Part shown: positions 13,180 through 25,900 of the stretch, piece by piece
Layout: each line of letters opens with the position of its first letter
Numbering within the stretch: the first letter of the stretch is position 1
Source: Bugula neritina
Taxonomy: Eukaryota > Animalia > Bryozoa
Reading direction: 5' to 3'
Assembly (NCBI GenBank): GCA_964035545.1
Contig: OZ037765.1
Coordinates: 13,650,698-13,714,697, forward strand
DNA length: 64,000 nucleotides
Notes under the pieces: generated by a model
Told to the model about the DNA's origin: nothing
What the model saw: the letters and a program-made list of their open reading frames with translations, nothing else
The model's database searches: none
Made by a program: the position numbers and the translations under genes

Positions 13180-14220
13180 TCATTATTTTATGAACATGAT
13201 TTATGCACAAGATTTTTCCTAAAGCAAGAGACTTCAAATCTGTCAAAGGTACTGAAGAAAAACGCTTTCATGTCTAGAAGCATGTAATTCTTACAATAAA
13301 TGAGTTGTTAAAAAATTACAGAAATACATATTATGAAGACAAAAGGGATCGATCAAAATTAGCATTTTCAGATCGCAGCACTGCATAACTGAAGGACACA
13401 GATACATTCAATGTTGGTTTGTACAGTGCATATTACTTTTAAATTCATAATCAGTACAATTCCTGCACTTACTACGGTCATTTTATGATCTAATGGATTA
13501 GGTTGTATGTAACGCAAAGTCAAAACTTTACAAGGTTCACCAAAGTTCAAACTGCTAGGATAGAATTCTGTAATCCGCTATCTTGAATTATTTTGTGATA
13601 AAGATAATTTGAAACATTTTGCAGAGACTTTATAATGCAACCAGTGGATGACCACATATTGTACAACTCTACACAAACCAATTAATACATTCCCAGAGAA
13701 TTGTCAACTTGCTTGCAGGAAATCTCGACAAGCTGACAGCTCACCATTATGTTGCAAAGAGTGAACGTATCTCAATAAAGAGAATGAAAATTTTCTTGAA
13801 GATGAAGCCATCCTCATTTTTAACTTCACAGAATATCATAGCGTCATTATAAAAGATGAGGAACAGGGGTTTCACTAGGAGAAATCTTAAACTGCTCAAC
13901 ATCTCTTTAGGGCTTATTTTCCTAAGATGAGAAAGTTAAACCTTACTGTGTGCGTGAAGTAAGCAATTGCTTACAACATTCACAAATCACATAAAAAATA
14001 AATATTCCTACTTGAAAACAGTATTTCTTTCATGGAGCAGCTTCGAAATATGAGTTATAAAAAATTTGTAATCTTTTGTGATATAAAGATGATTTTGAGC
14101 TTCATGTAGAATGGAATCTCTTAGAACCAGTCATGGCAAGAATGCTTGTGATGGTGTAGATGGTGCAAATAAAAAAAAATCTGCTAAAGCAAGTCTGCCA
14201 AGACCAAACATCAAGACATT
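13180..14220 (+). mobile_element. Sola2-like transposase relic
   Basis: HSMLVCTVH, FNFTEYHSVIIKDEEQGFH (degenerate DFAENY...Q.FHW), EWNLL..SHGKNACDGVDG. Confidence 0.7.
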
Positions 14221-14479
14221 TGGTTACTATGTGTAAGAATTAGAAGCTGACGAGAAAAACTTTATGGCCTAACTAATTAGAAGAATGCGTAGGTGAGAGA
14301 GAGAAAATAGAAGAAACTCTTGATGATATAATATCTTTGCATAGCTACCCAAGTATTCCTTCTCCAAAGAGTATTGCAGGTGAAAATGGGAATGTAGCAC
14401 CAAGTTTCAACGCTGAGCATTCAGCAACAAGTAATAGGCAGTCGTTGGGCAGCAACGTGAGTGATCTACACGTCTTTGA

Positions 14480-15720
14480 GAAATCCATAACAAACGCTGT
14501 GCATGTGAATTATCTCCTCATACCTGAACTGCTGGTGTCTGCAGGTAACTCTCTTGAGTATGCAGATGGGAGATTTCCCTTAGAACTCTTGTATAAAGAA
14601 CAAATATTCCTGAAAGTGACTAAATTGAATATTTGAAAAAGTATGTAGAAATCTTTGTAAGGAAAGCAATTAATGGATATAGCCTACTAAATTCTGATGG
14701 TGCATATTACAAAACATAGGAGATTTTATGAGAATGATTTGGTTTTAGTTATACAGGAGCTGAATCTTTCAGAACAAAATTGAATAGTTGGCCTAAAATC
14801 AAACCTCGCGACAGACTTGCTATTCAGAAATAATAAAAATTTTTGTGCCAATATGAAGCTGCTATGCTCAAATTTAATGAATCGAAGATTCTCAATGATT
14901 CGCAGCAAAACAAATGCATGGAAACTTTCTGAGTGGATGTCAAGTAGTTGGAAAAGAAAGGCAGGTCAATTTAGGAAAGCAGATAGTAGTTAACCAAATT
15001 TTGGCTTGTTTGCAGAATTTGTTGAAATTAAACCAGACATTATTGATTTTGTGAAAGGTAGTGCTGAACACACTGATAGATTGGATGCCAAAAAATACAA
15101 ACAGGCACCAGTTCTAATAAACCAGTCGCCCATACACGTTCAATTTCATTCAGATCAAGCAAGCAACATATATTTTGCTACATGAGTAACCGCGTAATTG
15201 GTGAATGCTTATCTTTGCCAAGCTGCCATTACATGAAAAAACCAGTATATAGGTAAACATAGCCTTTGTTTTCAATGTCACAAAACAAACCACACCAAAG
15301 CACAATGCATTAGACCATGCATTTACAAGAAATGTCAAGATAAACACCCTACTAGCACTCATTATGGAAGTACACATAGCAATTCAGGCGACAGTGAAAA
15401 AATTCAGTCTGATGTTGGATGGTGTAACCATAATGATGGTCATGGTCAAGATTACTAGTAAAAGCAGTGTACCCAATGACAAAGAAAATGCAACTCCCAA
15501 CTTAGACAGTGCTGAGAATGCAAGCAACTGTTTTAGTACTATAATTCTGGCCTAAGTTTCTATATAGTGCTGGTCTGGTTGTCTGACACAAATGCACCCG
15601 AAAAAGAAATCTTGGTTTATGAAATGTTTGATACTATGTCTTACACTAACTTTGTTACAACAGAAGTAGCTAATCAGTTAAATGCACTTGGACTCAGACA
15701 TGCTAAACCGGCAGCCTTGT
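14480..15720 (+). mobile_element. BEL/Pao LTR retrotransposon gag-protease relic
   Basis: LIPELLVSAGNSLEYAD, YLKKYV, SFRTKLNSWPKIKPRD...FLCQYEAAM...ILND, CQDKHPTSTH, VYEMFDTMS (protease-like). Confidence 0.7.
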
Positions 15721-15981
15721 GACTTTTAGCGGCCTTTTGAGTTGGTAAATATGGCATTTGGATCTATTATTAAAATGAAAGATTGGTTCAGCTTCAACCC
15801 TTTCTGAATTGTGCTCCTTACTAAGGCAGCCAAAACTGCGAACCCTACAATTCTGGCATTCCCAAGTTTATTAAATGAATAATGACTGGCAAACTTGAAA
15901 AATAACCCCATTTTTCATCATTATGCTTAGTTGATCATTAGCTGCCTATTAGTATTATTTGATTAGTAACCAAGTGGTCAG

Positions 15982-17891
15982 CATGAGCAAACGACAGGAA
16001 CTGTAGCGCAAAAGAAGTCACCTAAATGATGCTGAGACAAAGGAACTCCTGATGGTACCTCTTTTTTTAGGCGGGAAGCTTTGTGCTGAATGCAGCAGTA
16101 CAGTAAAAACCAAGGAACGATGCAATGCTAAGTCTCACTATGAGGTAAAACATGGCCAAACATACAATCAAGAAAACCCAGATATTAAGAAGGAAAAAGT
16201 GGCCTCTTTGATGAATAGCCATCAGAAGCAAGAATCAATGATGAGAAGGCCGGCAGATGAAAACAAGAGAGCACTGCTAGGTGGTTCTAAGATAAGAGTA
16301 TCTCATAAACAAAAGAGGAAAATTTTGTAAGCTAAGTTTCAATTTTTAGATTTACATGTATTTTATTACTGTAAATCTTTCAGCAAATTCTATTCCAACT
16401 CAAATCCTGAAACAAAGTTTATACTTACAAGATCCATTCTCAATTTCCTATGTAAACCTGGTCAAATTATTAAGGGATGCATTGAAATTGCAGCGAATAC
16501 CATCTGAGATAGTGAGCAAGCCAAACAGGTTTTTCAGAAAATCTTCCTGTCACGACTTACAATAACTCGTCAAACTGAGCAGTTGAATATGAATATCTAG
16601 ACACAATTGGAAAACAGAGTGAAGGAATTTGTAGCTTACTCCATAGCACTCAATGGGTGAACTGATAAGAGTGGACACAGATAAACTGAAAAATTTCATT
16701 AGAGGTGTAAAAAAATCACATAGTCATTGAGAATTTCATATCTGTTTGACACATGAAGGACACCGCTACAGGTAAAGATATTTACAAGGAGGTCATGGCC
16801 ACCATAGAAACTAGAAATTTGATTCTCAAACAACTCAGTGCTATTATAAAAGATGGAGAACCATCTATGAATAATGTTAGGAATTGCTTCACCACCTTGT
16901 TTCTTGACAAGACAAAATATAAGGACATCAGTCCTTCAACTTCGGCATTTCATTGCTGTATCCATCAGAAGAATCTTGCAGCCAACATTCTTTGGGGTGT
17001 GAAAAAACTGCCAGCTACATCAGTCCAAGAGGTCTGAAACATCAACAATTCCGACAATTTCTTGGTAAATTACAAGTAGTATATGAAGATATTCTGTATT
17101 TTGCAAGAGCGCAAGGATATTTAAAGGGAAAGATGGTGGGAAGACCATAAAAGCTCCAAACAGATTCTTAACTTTTGTGAATGTCATGGGAGAGATCTAC
17201 CTGAGTTCAGAGATCCAGCAATTTCTCAAGGAATTGGCATTCCGTTTTGACATACTCACTCATCTCAAGAACCTAGATACAAAACTGCAAGGCAAGGACA
17301 AGCAAATGTCTGACCTGCATCACTATGTGGGTGGATTTGGTGAAATGTTTGAGCGTTGGATATAAGAGGCAGATAGTTGCTATGTTGACCCATAGAGCTT
17401 TTCCTCACTGGCAGGATGTCCTAGGGAAAATCAGGACATAGGGAAAATCCGATAATTATTGATCGTTATGAAAAATTTGACAAGAACTGAAGGGTAAGTT
17501 TGAGAATAGATGCATGAACTTCAAAAACAGCAAGGACAACATCACTGCTTTTTCAGCAATACTCCAACTCAAGGCGTCTGGTCACCTGCAAAATGAAGTC
17601 ATTCGGCTGAAAAATGATCTAGTTTAGACTCCTCTCATGGCACCTGACCAAGACCTGCTCAATATATACCCATGCCTACCCCCAACCTACTACCCAAGGA
17701 CAAGGAGTTTTGCTGGCAGACTTCTCAACATGTTTGCTAGCACATATCGATGCAAACAGTTATTCTCTTTCAAATTAGGATCGATACTAACAGACTCGCA
17801 TCTGGCCTGAACATTTCATATAATTGCATCAGACATTGAACGAAAATATCAAACCATAAATTGCTCCGTTCAATGCCAACACTTCCATTGA
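15982..17891 (+). mobile_element. hAT transposase relic (GTF2IRD2/SPIN-like)
   Basis: BED-like CAEC...HYEVKH, MKDTATGKDIY, DGEPSM, FHCCIHQKNL, RGLKHQQFRQFL, MFASTYRCKQLFS. Confidence 0.85.
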
Positions 17892-19079
17892 TATACAATT
17901 ATATGATTACAGTCTTGAACAAATCAGGTTATTCTACTAGATTTTTGTTTTTAACAAAATAACTACATCTTAAGGGGGAAAGTCTTTCATTATTAAATGT
18001 GAATGAATAGAATGTGATTGAAGCTATCCAAAAGGTCACCCAAACTACAGATTAATTAGTCTACCATCTGAAGAACAGAGGAAAGCGATAAAGAAAACAA
18101 ATTTTCAAAATGAAGAATCTGCGAAACCGAAACATTTACAAAACATGCATTCTTTCTGTAGAAACAAGTACCACACGTGACACATCAAAGTAAAAAAGTT
18201 TCACGATCTAACTGGTCAATGACATTACCATTTTGTGGATCTGAAGAAAAGGAGTGATTAGATAGTTTTTAATAATATATGTTAATAACTTTGAATTCAC
18301 CATCTCTACCGATTTCCATTAGATTTATTGTGAATGAAACTTGGTTTATCTTATATGCTACAAGGTCTAATATTTAGTAGAAAAAGCAAGCTACAAGCAT
18401 TTCTTAATATTTCCTAGTATAAATATGAGAGTGCTTTTGAAGTTTGCCGCCAAATAGGCTAATTCTAAGATCTCTGTATAAGGTTCAAACTAAAGTACCT
18501 CTCTTGGCAGCCATTTTTAGTAAATTAAAAACTTCTAAGCTTATTTAAGCTTCCTCATTAAAAATCATTATGACGATGAAGAGAGACTCAGCCCAAGACT
18601 ACAGGGGTCTATTATCTTTTGTATAATTGTAGGGATGCGGTCTCTGTTTAGACCTTAGTAGAAGTAATTGCAGGAACAGATAATTTTTTCTGGTACTAGC
18701 AGTATATGAATAAGAAATTTTGTCCAAAATGCTATTCTGACACTGGAGAGTTACATTTCAGCTAGGTAAAGCTTGCTGGGAAACCATAGTACTTTTAAAC
18801 ACTATAACTAAATTATTAGAAAAAAATGCCTGTTTCTACCAGAAGCAAAAATAAAAAGTTGAGCAGCAAGTTGGAGACAGCAAAAGGTATGTATCTGTTT
18901 AGGTCGAGTACTATTTTAATTTCTTCCAGGACTACCAAAAAAATGTTATTGCAACTTTACCTGTAGTTAAGGGACAGTCAATTTTATGAGATAATGGACA
19001 ATTTTGTTCATGTAACAATTTGTACTAAAAGTACCATTGTTTTTTCTAAATAATTCAAAACCTCAAACTGCATAATATG

Positions 19080-22000
19080 ACTTTTTGTTGATTGAGAAAA
19101 CAATCATGCATAACACTTACCAAAAAAACTATATGTCTAAACTGCGGTGAGTAGCCAAGGAGCATCTGGCAAGGGACTGTCAAAGATCAGTCATATGTTA
19201 CCAACCTCCAACCTTGACCCGGAGTTGTCAACATTGTTTAAAATATGAGAGAAACTACAGAAAATCCAGGTACACATTTATTATTTGAGCCCAACAACCA
19301 AAAAATTCACAAGATTTGTGTCTGCTAGTTTCTTTGGCCAGTAAAAAGAATTTTCTGCAATGTGGTTACAAGTTATATTATGAATTTATTAATGAAATGG
19401 TGTGTCTTATATGCAAGTGATATCTCAAGTTGTCAACTATTTTTTTACTTTCAGGAATATTGCCTCTAATTGAAAAAGGACAGTTAATTAAGAGAGATTG
19501 CTAAAGGTCAGGTTCTAAGAACAGGGTCCAACAAGGATCGAAGGGCCGCTGACTTTAATATAATCAGAACTAAATCGCGTTTTCTTGGGCGTTTATTAAA
19601 AGAACTGCACTCTAATGAAAGCTGTTCTTTTTGGGACTTCCTGGTACCAAAAAAGTATGAGGCAGTTAAAATGTCAGTCTCCAAACTTGGAAACCAAAGT
19701 GCTCAAATTTCCTTACAAATCTCACACTATATTAAACGCCTGGCAACACTTAAGGTTGGGATGGCAAAATCATTAAAGGTAATGAGGAATCGCAGAAAAA
19801 TGCTGAGAACTTCCTCAAGTTGTATGAAAGCAATTGGTCGGCTGAAATTAGTGCCCCCCCCCCCCTAAGCGACAGAGATTGCAGAAACTGAATAAAAAAT
19901 ATGAAATGACTTTGGATACTGACGCTAGTAAACTCTCGGAGTTTATAGACATGGAGCTCCTACTCTCACTGAAGTCAGATCAGATAGGTTCCAGCTGTGA
20001 TAGAATTACTAAGCTTCTGTTAGCAAAAATAATATTATTTATTGGGAGAAGACCAGCAGAATGTGCTGAGCTGAAGGTTGCAGACTACATGAGGTCTGCA
20101 GCACAATGTGAAGACTCACAAGAAATCATCAAAAGCCTGAGCAACTTCTGCCAAAACGTAAGTATATTATTTAACTGTGTTTTGAGCCTTTATGTTCAAT
20201 GACAGGAATTTTGTTTTTTTCATGTCAGTCAGCAATAGAATAAATAAAAAAAAAAACAATAATTTAAAAAAATGTATATGTTATTTCATATGTTATGTAT
20301 ATTTTATATGCTTTTGATGTGTGCAATGATAAATGTTCATTATAATAAAAGTATTATTGACCTTTAATATTATAAAATTACGACAGTTGTGTATATTTGT
20401 AGCAGAAGAGTCAATGTCCAAAAATTTGTATTACTGTATGTTTGTAGTCATTCAGTGGTTGAAGTACGAGGCAAAAGTACAAGAGGTCTTAGAATAGTCT
20501 ATATTTTATTTGATAAACTTGGAAAAGAAGCTGTCTCATTTATTTTGGAAAACCGAAGCTTTTCCAGCGAATTTGTTTTTGGAGGGTATAATATATTTTT
20601 AGCACACTTGATTCAAATATGGTTAAAATACCTCTACTATTTAGCCAATTGATATACCATCGGTCAGGGTGGTGTAACAGTAATAATGCATTATTTTTTA
20701 ATAAACATTTTCCAACTTTAGGCCAAGAAGTCTGCGGTCATTAGATGGATCTACTACACTGGCAGAAATAGTGAGCTGGTGCCCAGATCTAGAAAAACCG
20801 GAACTAATCAAGTTCAGACATGTTCGGAAATACCTGGGAACCGTTTGTCAGGTGATGAGTGCTGTAATTATTATAAAAAAATCCAAATTTTACAAAGACG
20901 TAAAACGAAATATTCAGCTTCAACCATTTAAAATGAAAGAACACAGCTTTGAGCCCGGAAAAATCTTGAGAAGATAATCTTTTAGAATTGCTACAAAATT
21001 TTAAATATTCTGGTTGGGGTGGATGAAAATTTAAATTGTTAAGCCGTTCCTTGATTATACTTGAAGGTTACATGCAATGATAAAACAAGTTTTGGTTACT
21101 AATTATGTTAAATTCTATTCATAAATGAGTTGTAATACTGCTGATGGAACTTCAGTATTGTCAATAAATAGCTTGCCAAAATTCTACTTTGTGGGTTTAT
21201 TGTTTGATGCAAGAAAATTATTAAACTTTGATGTTATTAAACAAATTTGATTTTGTGTTAATAGTATTTTTGCTTCTTTCAGTAAATTAAAAATTATCAA
21301 TATTTATTGAATGCTACATTGCATTTTAAATCTAGTTTACAATACCTAAAATTTGCCTGCTATTTATTTTATATGTTAAAGCTACCTGATAATGAAATCA
21401 GGATGGTTGCTGACCACATGGGTTATGAGCTCAACATTCACACAAGCATATATAGGCTACAATCAAGCCTGATCAAGAGAGCAAAAGGGGCCAGAACTCT
21501 TACTGCTGCCCAGAAAGGCAATATCCATAGGTTTAATCAGACTACTGATCTCAATAGCATTCCTGATGGTATGTATTACTTCTAATATCTGAGATTAACA
21601 AGATACAACATATTTCAAACAGCATTATACTCATTCTTAATAACAGAAGAAATAGAACCGTTGGATAGTGAAAGCGACGATGAAGATAAAGAACATGTAC
21701 ACCAGGAGAACTTTTCAGGTTTGTATCATCAAGCAATACTGACATTGAGTAGCAGTTGTGTTCTGGGGTTCTATAAACTCAGGCAGTGTATGTAAACGTT
21801 TTAGATAGCACTGCAAATGATGTTGAAAAAAAATATATACAAATCAGTTGCTTAAAAAATACTCTGTCTTATATACTGCTTAATTTTATATTGCTTTAAA
21901 GTGAATTCATTTCCATTATTTTTAAAAGGTAGGCAAATAGATAGTATATCTAAGCATATGCTCTACATATATTTTTTGTAGTTGTGAATTTAGCATCAAC

Positions 22001-22520
22001 TAGTTTTATGTTTTTATTTGTTTTCAGTCAACAGTGCAAAGAGTGGTGAAAACAAAATGTAAGTATCTATGAGGAAGCCTACCTTGGCATTTAATCTCAG
22101 CCATTTGTTGTATAATTTTGACAACATTGCATAATAGATCGAAAAAGTTTAAACGTGCAAAAGAGTTTATGTATAAAAAGATTTGGTGATGATTTTATAT
22201 TATTGTATGATTTGTTGAAATAATTTTGGTTTAAAAGTAATAAGTTTCAATTAAATTAATGACTGAGAACATCATTATTGCAAAAACAATGACCTTCTTT
22301 TAGTGGAATGCCTAACGAATAGCTTTCATGATTTGAATTAATGTATCATTACAGCAAGGTGGTCAATTAAGGAGCAGCAAGTTTTTAAAAGGCTCCTTAC
22401 TGGGAGAAATATGCCCAGTAAAGAGCAGCTTGATGAGCTTGTAAAATGCATTCCCACAAGGACGAGGCAAAAAATCTTATTTTATATATCACGCAGGTCA
22501 AAAATTATACTGATTTTTTT
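19080..22520 (+). mobile_element. Crypton-like tyrosine recombinase element, intron-containing and decayed
   Basis: ILFIGRRPAE (catalytic R), VEVRGKS (K), KFRHVRKY (HxxR-like), ADHMGYELNIHTSIYRL (H and Y); several GT-AG introns; C-terminal SANT-like exon RWSIKEQQVF...PTRTRQKI. Confidence 0.8.
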
Positions 22521-22628
22521 GCATATCTCCCCAAGTTTCAATAATTTACAATAACTGCCACTCTCTATTCTTTGTGTCATGCATAACGTCTAACATAAAT
22601 GTAATAATTTTTTAATTTCATTCATTGC

Positions 22629-22668
22629 TACTCTGAAGATGGGTACAGTGGTACCGGAAATATCAGTA
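22629..22668 (+). ncRNA. Minimal hammerhead ribozyme motif (Penelope pLTR type)
   Basis: TACT-CTGAAGA-T-G-GGTAC-agtg-GTACC-G-GAAA-TATC-AGTA: core CUGANGA and GAAA, stem I TACT/AGTA, stem II GGTAC/GTACC, short palindromic stem III. Followed by AATAAA. Confidence 0.6.
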
Positions 22669-22748
22669 TAATTACTTTGCCTAATAAAGTAATAAATCAA
22701 CAATGTTTCTCGTATACTTATTTATAATCAAATTGCTAGCTCGTAAAG

Positions 22749-22883
<135 letters not shown>

Positions 22884-22889
22884 ATAGCT

Positions 22890-22997
22890 TAAAAGCTTGT
22901 AGTAAAATGGTGGAGAAGAAATTCAGACTTCAACATGGTCTTGCAAAATAGTTTCTTGTGTCAAACTCCATTATGGCCTTGTGGAATGGTTTACCAA
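22890..22997 (+). mobile_element. CR1-like LINE 3' fragment
   Basis: KKFRLQH...NSIMALWNGLP (WNxLP terminal motif). Confidence 0.5.
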
Positions 22998-22999
22998 CC

Positions 23000-25900
23000 A
23001 CCAGGTAAATATAACTAGTTTTATCTAGAAAATGCTTATTTTTGGAAAAGGATAGAAATGTCAAAACAGTTGCATCCTCATAAAGATCGGCATCAAGACG
23101 ACATCAATATGAAAAAATGCTAATTTTATGGAAAAAATAGAAGTGTCAAAACAGTTGCATCCTCATGAAGACCGACATCAAGACTGCAACTATTTGCTAA
23201 TCTCACTAAAATATGGCTTCGGCGATGCTGAGGTCTGCCTGAGACTTTCAGTAAAATGGCTGCTGCAGCAAGTTGATGCAAAATTTTATAAATTATTAGA
23301 TCTGCTCCACTATGATAATAGATTGCGGTACAATTAATGATGATATAGCCTACAAAACACAAAGATGAGCCAACAACAGACCCTCCTTACATCAATCCCT
23401 ATCTTGGCTGTAAGCTGGCAACATATCTAACCAAATTCCACGTCAACCTGCCGTCAGTTTTTCGTCGGCCAGTTTTCACCAGTTATTGCTGGTATCCCTA
23501 AATTTTGAACCACTGCCAAGAAGATCTAGTATAAAAGGAGACGCCGAATCCCTGAAAATTATTGTGGATTTTATTATTATTGTGGATTTTATGAAGATGA
23601 AGGCAAGTGAAGACAATGAAGACAATTGGAACACAGAAGATACAGCAGTAGTAGCAGTAACAATAATATTATTATTAGAAGGAATATCAAGAAAATTGAC
23701 TAGTTGATACACATATCAGTAATATAGACTGGTTGCAGTAAGTAACTTAACAATTTTATGTTAAGGATATATTGACCTCTTTTTATTATTATTGAACTAA
23801 AAAGTTTATTGATTTGTACAAAAAAGAAAGGCATAGGAAAAAAGTAGAGAAAGCTCGTCTTTGGCGACAAGCACTTCGGGAAAATGCTAAACAAAATAGT
23901 TTAGATTTAAAAAAAACCCGAAATGCTGAATATCGCAGAGAATATGGAGCTAAGCAAGACGAATTCAAGAAGCAACAAACCTTATCTACACCGACAACGG
24001 AGGCAAAACATATTGCTCAGCTTATAGATGGTGCTTTACCTTCAACAAGTGCTTGTCTAAAAAGTTGCTACTTGAAAAAATCTTGCTAAACAACTGCTGA
24101 ATACAACATAGTGCAAGCTGCGTCCAGCACATGTCAAAAAGTTCCAACAGTTCGAAAAGTGTTGGTTAAAGAACTTGCTAGCTGTAATAAGTTGGCAGTA
24201 AGTGAATGCCTAAAAATATCCAGGAATCACTTTTACTATATTTCACAGAAAGGTAAGGATCCGAACATGCCACTGGAGGTTGTCCATTCCGTTTGCGATT
24301 TTTAATAGTAAGCAAGTGACGTCAATTTGCCTGAATAAAAAATGCAATGGGAAAATACTCGGTGTACTTAAATTTACCCAGCGAAGTGTTTTTGACATTT
24401 ACAAAACTGAACACCTGGGGGTTTCTATCAAAAAGGCCACCTTTGATAAGTTGAAACCTCGTGACATCAAACTCATGAGTGCCTCTAAATATCTCCAATG
24501 TCTTTGTGACATTTGAGACAATGCAAAAAGTTTGCTGCTATTCGATCTTCAGCAGCAAAATGCCTCATCAACATATCATTGGACTTATCGAATGAGGTAG
24601 GGACCACCAAAGCCCATGTGTAGCTTGCGCTCTTTTTGGTGTATCGACTGGAAATGCAGTCTTTGTGGAGTAGGCAAAATAAACGAGCTGCTTCAACAAC
24701 AGGTTCAAGATGATGACCGTGTAAAGCTACTGTACACTAAATGGTCAATGGTGACTGAATTCATCAACGGAAAAGAGATTTGTCGAATACGAAAAGTAGT
24801 TTCAAGTGGAGCGAGATAGGAGTTAGCAAATGATTTGTGCAATCAACTAAAAGCATTTCCATACCACATTTACAACTGTATCTCGCAATCTTCTGCATTC
24901 ACCAACTGCAAAGCATCATTAAAGCGCGGACAGGTAGTAGTTGTTGCTGACTTTGCAGAAAATTATGTCGGCCAGCAATTTGCGGAGGCCCAGTCTGCTT
25001 ACTACTGTCATAACTCAGTAACAATTTGCCCATTTGTTTTAATTTTTCCATCAAATGCTACTGTAAAACATGACTCATTAGTAATCGTATCCAATGACCT
25101 CAAGCATGACGCCTATGCTGTGCAACACTTCATGATAGTATTAGGATCACACCTACAATCCTTATACCCAGAAGTTACAGATGTTATAATGTGGTCTGAT
25201 GGTTGTACATCTCAATACATGAGCAAGCTGCCAATACATAACATAGCACAGGCATATAACATTCCATTCAAGTTAACATGGTATTTCTTTGGTAGCAGGC
25301 ATGGGAAAGGAGAGGCAAATAGTGAATCGGCAGAAGCAAAAGAAACTTGATACGCTGGTCAGGGCTCAACACCTCATAATAAATGATGCTGTCGATGCTT
25401 TCAAGCTGTTGAGGGATAGTGGTGATGTAGAAATCCAAACTGGTCATTTACGTCATCTGTTCTATGTTCCTCATCGTGAAATTGATAGGACTCTAATGGA
25501 TCTATGTGGAGTTTCGGGGGTCAGGCGTCTTCACCAGGCCAAGCAGGGTAGCAACTCATCTCTTATATACAGAAGATCATCATGCTGTTGGGTTGAGAAT
25601 GATTGCCAACATGATGCTACCAATTTATGGACTTCCTTCATATATCCTGATTAGTTATCTAGCTTGTATTCTGTTTTATGTTTCAGTTAAAGCATTTTTG
25701 TTTGTTTTGTAGAAGACGTTTCATATAGGCATTGACACATTTCACTGCTTTGCTTACACTAGTAAAGCTTTTAAAGCTTTCTAAGCTCATACATGACTAA
25801 CAATGATATTGTGACCTCCTATTTCTCTGAAAACCTCACACGTTGCACAAGTGTTCGTACAGATATTGCTACAGAAAGATTGTTAATTATCCTAACCTAA

